Shown here: one piece after another, positions 40,387 to 48,964 of the stretch
Numbering within the stretch: the first letter of the stretch is position 1
How the letters are laid out: the number at the start of each line of letters is the position of its first letter
Source: an uncultured Marinoscillum sp.
GTDB lineage: Bacteria; Bacteroidota; Bacteroidia; Cytophagales; MED-G16
Direction: 5' to 3'
DNA: 64,000 nt
NCBI GenBank assembly: GCA_902634135.1
Contig: CACPJB010000001.1
Location: 8,186-72,185 of the forward strand
Made by a program: the position numbers and the translations under genes
The notes under the pieces: generated by a model
Database searches by the model: none
Seen by the model: the letters and a program-made list of their open reading frames with translations, nothing else
Told to the model about the DNA's origin: nothing

Positions 40387-41037
40387 ATGGATTTTGTTGA
40401 TAAGAATATCGAGAAATATGTTGAAGCTTTATCTGACAAAGAATCTCCTCTTCTTAAAGAAATCAATGAATATACATTCAAAAATGCACATCAACCAAAT
40501 ATGTTATCTGGACATTTACAGGGAAGAATCTTGAGTTTTATTTCAAAGGTTAAAAACCCAAAATATATCCTTGAAATAGGTACTTATACAGGCTATTCTG
40601 CTCTTTGTTTAGCTGAAGGTTTAAAAGATGATGGTAAATTAATTACCATTGATAGAGATAAAAGTTTATATGAAAAAGTCAATGATTTTTTTAGTAGTTC
40701 TGATTATGCAGATAAAATTGAACAAAAAATTGGAGAAGCGTTAAAGGTAATTCCAGAAATTGATCTAACATTTGATTTAGTGTTTATTGATGCTGACAAG
40801 AAAAATTATAAAAATTATTTTGATAATGTAATTGATAAATTAAGTTTAGGTGGAGTCATCATTGTAGATAATGTTCTATGGAAAGGAAAAGTTACTGATC
40901 TTTCCAAGAATCAAAATGATAAAATTGCCGTATATATGAATGGTTTTAATGAATATATTGAAAAAAATAGAAAAGTTACAAAACTGATCTTGCCAGTTAG
41001 AGATGGACTAACACTTATCATAAAAAATGAAAATTAA
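40387..41037 (+). CDS. Class I SAM-dependent O-methyltransferase (family 3, caffeoyl-CoA OMT-like)
   Basis: EIGTYTGYSALCLA and FIDADKKNY motifs. The track start is TTG 40378, and ATG 40387 is preferred. Confidence 0.8.
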   Translation: MDFVDKNIEKYVEALSDKESPLLKEINEYTFKNAHQPNMLSGHLQGRILSFISKVKNPKYILEIGTYTGYSALCLAEGLKDDGKLITIDRDKSLYEKVNDFFSSSDYADKIEQKIGEALKVIPEIDLTFDLVFIDADKKNYKNYFDNVIDKLSLGGVIIVDNVLWKGKVTDLSKNQNDKIAVYMNGFNEYIEKNRKVTKLILPVRDGLTLIIKNEN

Positions 41038-42271
41038 TCTAACAGTCCTCTTCTTCTTTTTTATTTTATTTATAACTGAATCTTTTTCTCAAAATTCCCC
41101 AAGAGTTCCTGAAAAGATAAGAATTGATAATATGGTATTAAGCATTTCTAGTGATGTGATTCCGGTTCTTCAAAATGAGGTTGATGCACTTCATCTTAAT
41201 GAAAAATATTTTCAAATTTATGTAGATAGAATAAATATTTTTTTTCCAATTATAGAAAGAATTCTAGCAGAGGAAGAAATGCCAGATGATTTGAAATATT
41301 TAGCTCTTCAAGAAAGTGCACTTATTTCAGATGCAGTTTCCTCCTCTGATGCAGTAGGGTTTTGGCAGTTTAAGAAAGAAACTGCTGAAGATTATGGTTT
41401 AATAGTAAATGAAAAGATTGATGAAAGAAAAAATATTATATCTTCAACAAGAGCCGCTTCTAGGTACATAAAGAATAGTAATTATCTTTTTGAGAATTGG
41501 ATTTTTTCTATTTATTCATATTATCAAGGGCTAAATGGAGCAAAAGAAGTTATTGATCCGCAATTATATGGATCAAAAAGAATGATTATTGATGAGAGTA
41601 CACACTGGTATATTATTAAATTTTTAGGATATAAAATTGCTTTTGAAGATTATGTAGATAAAATAAATTACAATAATAATTTTTCAGTTTATGAAAACAG
41701 ATCATTTAGTTCAATAAAAGATATGTCAAAAAGTTTATCAATTGATAAGGGTAAATTATCTTCATTTAATTCATGGATTAAAACAGATCGAATACCAAAA
41801 GATAAAATTTACTCTTTTCTTATACCTGAAAAAAAGGAGAATATATTTAAAAGAACTGCTTCAGTTTTATCTGAAAAAGTTAATAATTTGATTGATCAAC
41901 AATATAATTCACCAATTGATGAAAAAATTTTAAGTGTTATATCTAGAAGAACAATTTTTTTAAATGGTTTACCAGCCTTTATTGCAGACTCATCAGATAA
42001 TATCAATGAAATAACAGGATTATATAAAATTTCAAAAAAGAATTTTTTAGCATATAATGATATTGAAACAAATCATAAAATAATTCCTGGTATACCATAT
42101 TATTTATCAAAAAAACGAAGAAAGGGTAGGGTTCAATTATATTTGAGAAGAGAAGAGGAATCTTTATGGGAAATTTCTCAATTATTCGGTGTTCAACTTT
42201 CTTCTTTGAGAAAGATAAATAAGGAAAATAATACTAGTAAAATTTTGATGAGGAGAAGGTCTATTCTTTGA
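41027..42271 (+). CDS. Lytic transglycosylase (SLT domain) with a C-terminal LysM-like module
   Basis: 414 aa with a signal peptide, the catalytic region ALQESALISDAVSSSDAVGFWQF, and a C-terminal LysM-like segment (SLWEISQLFGVQLSSLRKIN). Confidence 0.72.
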   Translation: MKINLTVLFFFFILFITESFSQNSPRVPEKIRIDNMVLSISSDVIPVLQNEVDALHLNEKYFQIYVDRINIFFPIIERILAEEEMPDDLKYLALQESALISDAVSSSDAVGFWQFKKETAEDYGLIVNEKIDERKNIISSTRAASRYIKNSNYLFENWIFSIYSYYQGLNGAKEVIDPQLYGSKRMIIDESTHWYIIKFLGYKIAFEDYVDKINYNNNFSVYENRSFSSIKDMSKSLSIDKGKLSSFNSWIKTDRIPKDKIYSFLIPEKKENIFKRTASVLSEKVNNLIDQQYNSPIDEKILSVISRRTIFLNGLPAFIADSSDNINEITGLYKISKKNFLAYNDIETNHKIIPGIPYYLSKKRRKGRVQLYLRREEESLWEISQLFGVQLSSLRKINKENNTSKILMRRRSIL

Positions 42272-43457
42272 CTATTTTTTCAATAATTTTTCCGTCTTTT
42301 TTTCCTTTAAGAATTAATTTTTTATCTCCATAATGAGTAATCTCTTCTTTAACGAGATAATAATTATTGTCATAGCTATCAAGAGTACTTATTTTATCTA
42401 CTCCTTCTTTTCCTCTCCAAATTTCTAAATCTATTTTTTCCCATTTTTTTGATTTTATAGACTTGTATGATGCATCAATTATGGTATTGACAATATAACC
42501 ATCATAAAAAGTCTCAGAAGGTTTCTCTCCATTTTCTAAAGAGTCAAACATATTGGCAAACATATGATTATAACCTAATTCATTTAATTCATCTCCAACA
42601 GGGAAAATCCATCCAGAATCAGATTCAGCTTTTTCTGCAACATAATCACTTCCTTTTCCTGTAGTAAACATTTCAAATCCTGTTCTTAAAAATGAATTAA
42701 TCCATATTGTACCTTCAGTACCCATTACTTCATCTCTAAGATCTAATCCACCTCTAAATGTCCAGCTCACTTCAAATTGTCCGATAGCACCATTTTCATA
42801 TTTTACAAGTCCTATTGCATGGTCTTCAGCATCAATTGGTTTTACTTGGGTATCACCCCAACACATAACTTCAATTGGTTTAATATCTTTACCAATATAA
42901 TTTCTGCTAATTTCTATACAATGACATCCAAGATCTAAAATACATCCACCACCTGCTTGTTCTTTGTCCCAGAACCATTCGCTATGAGGTCCAGGATGAG
43001 TTTCTCTTGATTTAGTCCAAATAATCTGACCTAAACTTCCCGATTTAACACTCTCTACAGCTTTTAAAAACTTTGGAGTATAACAAAGATCTTCAAGATA
43101 TCCTGCAAATATTCCAGCTTTTTCAACCGCTTCTACCATTCTTTTTGCTTCATCTGCATTTCTACCAAGAGGTTTAGTACATATTACCGCTTTATTATGT
43201 TTACAACATAGATGAACTGCTGCTTCATGTAAATTATTTGGAAGAGATATACAAACGACATCAACGTCTTTATGAGAAATTGATTCTTCCATATCTGTTG
43301 TCCAATGTGGTACGTTATAATCTTTAGCAAATTTTTTAGCACTTTCTTCTCTTCTTGAATAAATGGAGACTACTCTATCTTTATTTCTATAACCATGAAG
43401 TGAATCAGTATAAAACCTTCCAATAAAACCTGATCCTAACATTGAAATTTTTTGCAT
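42261..43457 (-). CDS. Gfo/Idh/MocA family NAD(P)-dependent oxidoreductase (cytoplasmic)
   Basis: 398 aa with an N-terminal Rossmann fold (ISMLGSGFIGRFY) and an ICTKPLGRNADEAKRM motif. Confidence 0.8.
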   Translation of the reverse strand: MQKISMLGSGFIGRFYTDSLHGYRNKDRVVSIYSRREESAKKFAKDYNVPHWTTDMEESISHKDVDVVCISLPNNLHEAAVHLCCKHNKAVICTKPLGRNADEAKRMVEAVEKAGIFAGYLEDLCYTPKFLKAVESVKSGSLGQIIWTKSRETHPGPHSEWFWDKEQAGGGCILDLGCHCIEISRNYIGKDIKPIEVMCWGDTQVKPIDAEDHAIGLVKYENGAIGQFEVSWTFRGGLDLRDEVMGTEGTIWINSFLRTGFEMFTTGKGSDYVAEKAESDSGWIFPVGDELNELGYNHMFANMFDSLENGEKPSETFYDGYIVNTIIDASYKSIKSKKWEKIDLEIWRGKEGVDKISTLDSYDNNYYLVKEEITHYGDKKLILKGKKDGKIIEKIVKE

Positions 43458-43460
43458 GGC

Positions 43461-44636
43461 TTATTTATTTTTTTCTTTAAAAAATATAACTAAAAATAGT
43501 AAAACTGCACCAGAAATATAGGCTGGAACCATCCATATATCTCCCCAATTTTTTATTCCTTCTATTGTATTACTATCAGTTATTATTCCTGAAAACCATG
43601 AGCCAATAGTCATACCTATTCCATAAGTAGCAACTGTAAATAATCCTTGTGCTGCATTTTTAATTTTTTCTCCAGCTTTATTTTCAGTATACATATAACC
43701 AGTTACAAAGAAGAAATCATAACAAATACCATGAAGTAAAATACCTGAAATAATCATCCAATAATATGCTTCTAAATCACCATTAGCAAAAAAGAAAAAC
43801 CTTAGAGCCCAAGCAGCAATACCGATAATAAGAATATTTTTAACACCTAATCTATAATAAAGAAAAGGTATAGCTAAAATAAAAATAGCCTCTGAGATTT
43901 GACCATATATCATTTTTCCAGCTGCACCTTCCATTCCCAGATCATTTAGGAAAACATTCGCAAATGAATAATAAAAAGAAAGAGGAATACATATTAAAAC
44001 AGCAGAGATAAAGAATATAAGATAAGATTTGTCTTTTAGTAAAACTAGACCTTCTAATCCAAGAGGAGAACCATCAGATTTACCCTTTGGTGGAACATTG
44101 GGTAAAGAAAAAGAAAATAACCCAAGGAGTATAGAGGCTCCTGCAGCTATATAAAATGTATATGCAATACTAGATACATTATTTTCAAGTTGAAGATTTC
44201 CAATAATAAAACCAGCAACTATCCATCCAAATGTTCCAAAGAATCTAATTACAGGAAAAGTCTTGCCTGAATCACTTACATTAGCAAAAACTATATTATT
44301 TGAAAGTGCAACTGTTGGCATATACATCAATGAGTAAATAAGTACAGTTATAATAAACAAAAATGATGATGATATCTCAGTAGCATAAATTAATAATAAA
44401 CCACCAACTATATGTAAGACACCCATAGCTTTTTGAGCAGAAAAATATCTATCAGCAATTGATCCTACAAAAAAAGGTGAAAAAATTGCTGCAATTGCGA
44501 ATGCACTATATGCAGAACCGATTTCTTCTCCAGAAGAATTTAAAATTTTTGCCATATAGGTTCCAGCAGTCACATACCATGCTCCCCAAATAAAATATTG
44601 GAGAAACATCATAGTAGAAAGTTTGAAGTTTTTCAT
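43461..44636 (-). CDS. MFS permease of the nucleoside:H+ symporter (NupG/XapB-like) type
   Basis: 391 aa, 12-TM-like, with the N-terminus LSTMMFLQYFIWGAWYVT typical of NupG-like Bacteroidota permeases. Confidence 0.72.
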   Translation of the reverse strand: MKNFKLSTMMFLQYFIWGAWYVTAGTYMAKILNSSGEEIGSAYSAFAIAAIFSPFFVGSIADRYFSAQKAMGVLHIVGGLLLIYATEISSSFLFIITVLIYSLMYMPTVALSNNIVFANVSDSGKTFPVIRFFGTFGWIVAGFIIGNLQLENNVSSIAYTFYIAAGASILLGLFSFSLPNVPPKGKSDGSPLGLEGLVLLKDKSYLIFFISAVLICIPLSFYYSFANVFLNDLGMEGAAGKMIYGQISEAIFILAIPFLYYRLGVKNILIIGIAAWALRFFFFANGDLEAYYWMIISGILLHGICYDFFFVTGYMYTENKAGEKIKNAAQGLFTVATYGIGMTIGSWFSGIITDSNTIEGIKNWGDIWMVPAYISGAVLLFLVIFFKEKNK

Positions 44637-44744
44637 AGTTAGTTTGGTTTATTCCTGTCAACAATTATTAAGTTAAAAAAAAAATTTTTAAATTAATGTG
44701 ATTTTATATCAATATTAAACAGACTAACCTTATAAACCATTCTT

Positions 44745-46196
44745 ATGAAAAATAATAATTCTAAAAAAAATAGTAGAAGAGAATTTTTAAAAAAGGGCAC
44801 TTTAGCTGCATCAAGTTTTTTTATTGTGCCAAGATATGTTCTTGGAGGAAATGGATATACATCTCCAAGTGATAAAATTAATATTGCTGGTATAGGTGTA
44901 GGAGGTAAGGGGACATCAGACCTTTGGTACGCTTCTGACGAGGGAAAAGAGAATGTGGTGGCTCTTTGTGATGTTGATATGGGAGAATACACAAAGAAAT
45001 CAAGGGATAGATTCCCAAAAGCAAACTTTTATCAAGATTTTAGAGTTATGTTTGATAAGCAAAAAGATATTGATGCAGTTACAATATCTTCTCCGGATCA
45101 TGTTCATGCAATACAAGCTTTGGCTGCTATGGATGAGGGTATACATGTATATGTGCAAAAACCTTTGACACATAATATAAAAGAAGCTAGAATGCTTACT
45201 GAAACTGCTAGGGAAAAGAAGATTGTTACTCAAATGGGAAACCAAGGAGCTTCAAACTCTGGAATGAGAAAAGTTCATGAATGGTTTGATGCTGGATTAA
45301 TTGGAGAGGTAGATGAAGTATTTGTTTGGACAAATAGACCAGTTTGGCCTCAAGGAATTCCAGTTCCTAAGTCAGACGGAAGCCCTGTCCCTGAAGGTTT
45401 GGATTGGGATTTGTGGTTAGGTCCAGCTCCAAAAGTTGAATATACAAATGCATACCATCCCTTTAACTGGAGAGGTTGGTGGGCATATGGTACTGGGGCT
45501 TTAGGTGATATGGGTTGTCATCTTATTGATGTTCCATTTAAGACCTTAGGTCTGCAATATCCCAAAGCAGTTGAATGCAGTGTAGGACAGGTATTTATTA
45601 AAATGTGGAGTCCAGAATATATCCCAGAGGGATGTCCTCCATCATCTTCTGTAACTTTAGATTTTGGAGCAACTGATAAAAATAAAAAACCTTTAAAATT
45701 GAGATGGCTTGATGGTGGACTAAGACCACCTCATCCAGATCTAATTCCAGCTAGTGATCCTTTAGGAACTCCAAATAGTGCAAATGGAGTAATGATGATA
45801 GGTTCAAAAGGTATAATAACAACAGGAGTTTACGGTTTTACTCCTAAATTATATAGAAAAGGTGAAGAAATGGTTGAATTTGATACTTCTAATCAACCTG
45901 GTAATGAATTTGGACATCAAACCAAGTGGATTAAAGCCTGTAAAGCTGGATTTAATAGCTCTGAGCATAAGGCTTTAACATCATCTTTTGATTATTCTGG
46001 TCCAATGACTGAGACGGTTTTAATGGGTAATATTGCTATCAGGAGTTATATGGAAATGAAAAGAAATAAAAAAGGTAATGCATATTATCCAGGAAGAAGA
46101 AAATTATTGTGGGATGGTAGAGCTATGAAAATTACTAACTATAATAATGCAAATAAATTTGTTACCCGAGATTATAGAAAGGGTTGGGAAATTTAA
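44745..46196 (+). CDS. Tat-exported Gfo/Idh/MocA family oxidoreductase
   Basis: 483 aa with the twin-arginine signal SRREFLKKGTLAASS, a Rossmann fold (INIAGIGVGGKG) and YVQKPLTHNIKEARML. Confidence 0.8.
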   Translation: MKNNNSKKNSRREFLKKGTLAASSFFIVPRYVLGGNGYTSPSDKINIAGIGVGGKGTSDLWYASDEGKENVVALCDVDMGEYTKKSRDRFPKANFYQDFRVMFDKQKDIDAVTISSPDHVHAIQALAAMDEGIHVYVQKPLTHNIKEARMLTETAREKKIVTQMGNQGASNSGMRKVHEWFDAGLIGEVDEVFVWTNRPVWPQGIPVPKSDGSPVPEGLDWDLWLGPAPKVEYTNAYHPFNWRGWWAYGTGALGDMGCHLIDVPFKTLGLQYPKAVECSVGQVFIKMWSPEYIPEGCPPSSSVTLDFGATDKNKKPLKLRWLDGGLRPPHPDLIPASDPLGTPNSANGVMMIGSKGIITTGVYGFTPKLYRKGEEMVEFDTSNQPGNEFGHQTKWIKACKAGFNSSEHKALTSSFDYSGPMTETVLMGNIAIRSYMEMKRNKKGNAYYPGRRKLLWDGRAMKITNYNNANKFVTRDYRKGWEI

Positions 46197-47812
46197 AATT
46201 CATAATCTAGACCAAGTTTTCTTTTTAGTTGATTTAGATTCTCATTTTTTTTAACTAAATACTCAAATTTTTCTTTATTGGTATAAATTGTTTTTTCTTT
46301 TTCAGTTTGATTAATTTCTTTATTTAAAATTATTTTTTCAACAAATCTATTTTTTAGTTTTTCATTTAATCTATTAAGAATACTATCAAAAATTGATCCT
46401 TCTAATTCATTGTCAAAATGAAAAGTTATTGAAGTTCCTTCTATTACTTTCTGTTTCTTAAGTACGGCTACTTCAGATTTTTTTTCTTTTAGAGAATCTA
46501 TGAATGATTCTATAAGTATATTAAACTCTTCTTTAGAAAAAGAAACTTTTTCATTTAATTCAATTTCTTTATTTTTTAATTCATTTTCTCCTTTTACCTT
46601 TTCAACTTTTGTTTTTAATAAATTTTTCAGATTAGGAGTGTCTTTATTAATAATATCATTTTCTGAATTAGGCTTTTCAATTATTTCTTTAACTTTTTCT
46701 TCATTTTTTTCTGGAGTATCAATCTCCTCTTTTTTATATTTTAGTGTTTTTTTTTTTGATAGAGAACAAATTTTAATTAATGCAATTTCTGTATGAATCT
46801 TATTATCACTAGACTGTTTATAATTTATTTCAAATTTATTTAAAACTTCCAAAGCATTTTCAATGAATTCAGTTTCTATTTTAGAAGATTGATCTATATA
46901 CTTAGATTTTTCAGAATCTGACACCTCCATAATTTCAACTAATTTTTCATTCTTTGATAGAAGTAAATTTCTAAAGTGATTAGAAAGTCCATTTAGTAAA
47001 CTAAAACTCTCAAACCCCTTATGTAGAATTTCATTATGTATCAGAATTATTTCAGCAAATTTTGACTCGTATAAAAGACTGCTAACATTAAAGAAGTATT
47101 CACTATCTAAAATATTTAAGTTTTTTGTGACAATTTCTAAACTTATTTTAGAATCTTTTGAAAAAGTTCTAATAAGATCTAGGGTAGATAGGGCATCCCT
47201 CATTGCACCGTCAGCTTTTTGAGCAATTATGTGTAGGGCCTCATCTTCAAACTCAATTTTTTCTTGAGATAGTATGTCTTTTAATTTATTTTTTATATCT
47301 ATAATTTCAATTCTATTAAAATCATAAATTTGACATCTTGATAAAATTGTAGGAATAACTTTATTTTTTTCAGTAGTTGCAAGTATGAAAATAGCATAAG
47401 ATGGTGGTTCTTCTAATGTTTTTAAAAAAGCATTAAATGCAGCATTTGATAACATATGAACTTCATCAATTATGTATACTTTGTATTTTCCTGATTGTGG
47501 AGCATATCTAACCTGATCGATCAAATTTCTTATATCATCAACTGAATTATTGGAAGCAGCATCTAATTCATATATATTAAGATTATTGGAACCTTCCAGA
47601 GGGTTCTCAATATTGAATCCATTAATTTCATTAGCTAATATTCTAGCACATGTTGTTTTCCCAACACCTCTTGGCCCGCAAAATAGTATTGATTGAGCAA
47701 TTTTATTATTTTTAATTGCGTTTTCAAGTGTTGTTGTTACATGAGATTGACCAACTACATCATCAAATTTTATAGGTCTATATTTTCTTGCTGATACAAC
47801 ATATTTTTCCAC
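46193..47812 (-). CDS. dnaX: DNA polymerase III subunit tau/gamma
   Basis: 539 aa with a GPRGVGKTT Walker A, an SRC motif (LSRCQIYDF) and a Lys/Glu-rich C-terminal half. GTG start. Confidence 0.9.
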   Translation of the reverse strand: MEKYVVSARKYRPIKFDDVVGQSHVTTTLENAIKNNKIAQSILFCGPRGVGKTTCARILANEINGFNIENPLEGSNNLNIYELDAASNNSVDDIRNLIDQVRYAPQSGKYKVYIIDEVHMLSNAAFNAFLKTLEEPPSYAIFILATTEKNKVIPTILSRCQIYDFNRIEIIDIKNKLKDILSQEKIEFEDEALHIIAQKADGAMRDALSTLDLIRTFSKDSKISLEIVTKNLNILDSEYFFNVSSLLYESKFAEIILIHNEILHKGFESFSLLNGLSNHFRNLLLSKNEKLVEIMEVSDSEKSKYIDQSSKIETEFIENALEVLNKFEINYKQSSDNKIHTEIALIKICSLSKKKTLKYKKEEIDTPEKNEEKVKEIIEKPNSENDIINKDTPNLKNLLKTKVEKVKGENELKNKEIELNEKVSFSKEEFNILIESFIDSLKEKKSEVAVLKKQKVIEGTSITFHFDNELEGSIFDSILNRLNEKLKNRFVEKIILNKEINQTEKEKTIYTNKEKFEYLVKKNENLNQLKRKLGLDYEF

Positions 47813-47831
47813 AGATGTAAATTAAATAATT

Positions 47832-47839
47832 TAGATTTG
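47832..47839 (+). promoter_or_regulatory. Candidate -7 promoter element (TAnnTTTG) for ssrA
   Basis: TAGATTTG lies 27 nt upstream of the mature tmRNA 5' end. Motif match only. Confidence 0.3.
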
Positions 47840-47865
47840 CGCAACAATATTGTTCTTTGTTTTTT

Positions 47866-48231
47866 GGGGTCGACTGGAATTGACAGTATGATAAATTTTA
47901 TTTTTGCATGTCGGGTGATGGTAACATCCGTAATCAAATGCTACAAATTTTAAACGGCGAACGTAAATACGAATACGCTATGGCGGTTTAAATTCTAAGA
48001 ATTTAAATTACCACATCATAATTTAGCTGGTGATCTTCGGTTAATTAATATGGTGTCATGAGGAGATCTACTTTATATTTTTTCCTACAATTATATATTG
48101 GAAATTTAGTAGGTAAGGATAGATGTTGGTTGATATTTTCCTGCTCTATCTCTAAAATTAAAAATTATCTAAGCATGTAGACAGAATAAGGTTTCCATAG
48201 CTGGACGCGGGTTCGAATCCCGCCGACTCCA
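47866..48231 (+). ncRNA. ssrA: Transfer-messenger RNA (tmRNA)
   Basis: The 5' GGGGTCGAC pairs with the 3' ..CGACTCCA acceptor end. The T-arm is GGACGCGGGTTCGAATCCCGCC. An internal tag reading frame runs GGC GAA ... GTT TAA (47956-47991). CCA is not fully encoded. Confidence 0.9.
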
Positions 48232-48331
48232 CAAAATTTAAATGAAATGGCAATACCTTATGAAAACTAGACAAACCTATTCATTTGCAAAACAGGAAAT
48301 TACATCCTGCTTAAAATATGGCTCTTCACAA

Positions 48332-48907
48332 TTAATAAGAAAATTCTTTTGAATCTAGTTTTCTAAGCTGATAATTATATTCTATCAATCCTTGCTCTTT
48401 TGCTCTAGAATAAACATTTACTCTTACAATTTTTCCATTTTTAAATTGTACATCATGCACGTTATATTCAAAAATATTCTTCCCATCAGCATCAACATTA
48501 TAGAAATCATTTCCAGTAGTAAGCCATTCTTCTATCTCTCCGTCTTCATTTTCTGTTGAGTTAGCAATCATCCATCTCACTTCCCACCTAGGACTTTCAT
48601 TTTTAAACCAGTTATCTAAGATTGCTATGTGAGTATCATTTCCTTTACCAACACTCCCATCTGCAGTATATCCTTCCCATTTTTCAGCATTAATTTCTGC
48701 TATTTTTTCTAAATCCTTCTCATTGTGAGCTTTGATATAATCTAGCCAAATTTGTTGATTTGTTACTTCACCTACTGTAATTGGTACTATTTTTCCAGCG
48801 TCATTTTTGTATGACCCTATTACAACTGGATCATTTGAATTAGTTGGTGTATTGTCACAAGAAAAAAGTAAAAGGGATATAATTGTTAAATTAAATATGT
48901 ATTTCAT
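48332..48907 (-). CDS. Lipoprotein of unknown function, possibly NTF2/SnoaL-like fold
   Basis: 191 aa with the lipobox LLLFSC. I recognise no catalytic motif, and the fold guess is weak. Confidence 0.55.
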   Translation of the reverse strand: MKYIFNLTIISLLLFSCDNTPTNSNDPVVIGSYKNDAGKIVPITVGEVTNQQIWLDYIKAHNEKDLEKIAEINAEKWEGYTADGSVGKGNDTHIAILDNWFKNESPRWEVRWMIANSTENEDGEIEEWLTTGNDFYNVDADGKNIFEYNVHDVQFKNGKIVRVNVYSRAKEQGLIEYNYQLRKLDSKEFSY

Positions 48908-48964
48908 GTTTTTTTAAAAGTATTTTACCTAAATGTATAATAAAATTTAATTATTCTCAGATTT

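Noticed and set aside
48292-48309. CAGGA-N7-TCCTG hairpin between ssrA and the 191-aa lipoprotein gene, considered as a terminator for either
   Set aside because: The stem is only 5 bp (6 with a G-U pair on the minus strand) and the U-tract is poor. It is plausible but not supportable.
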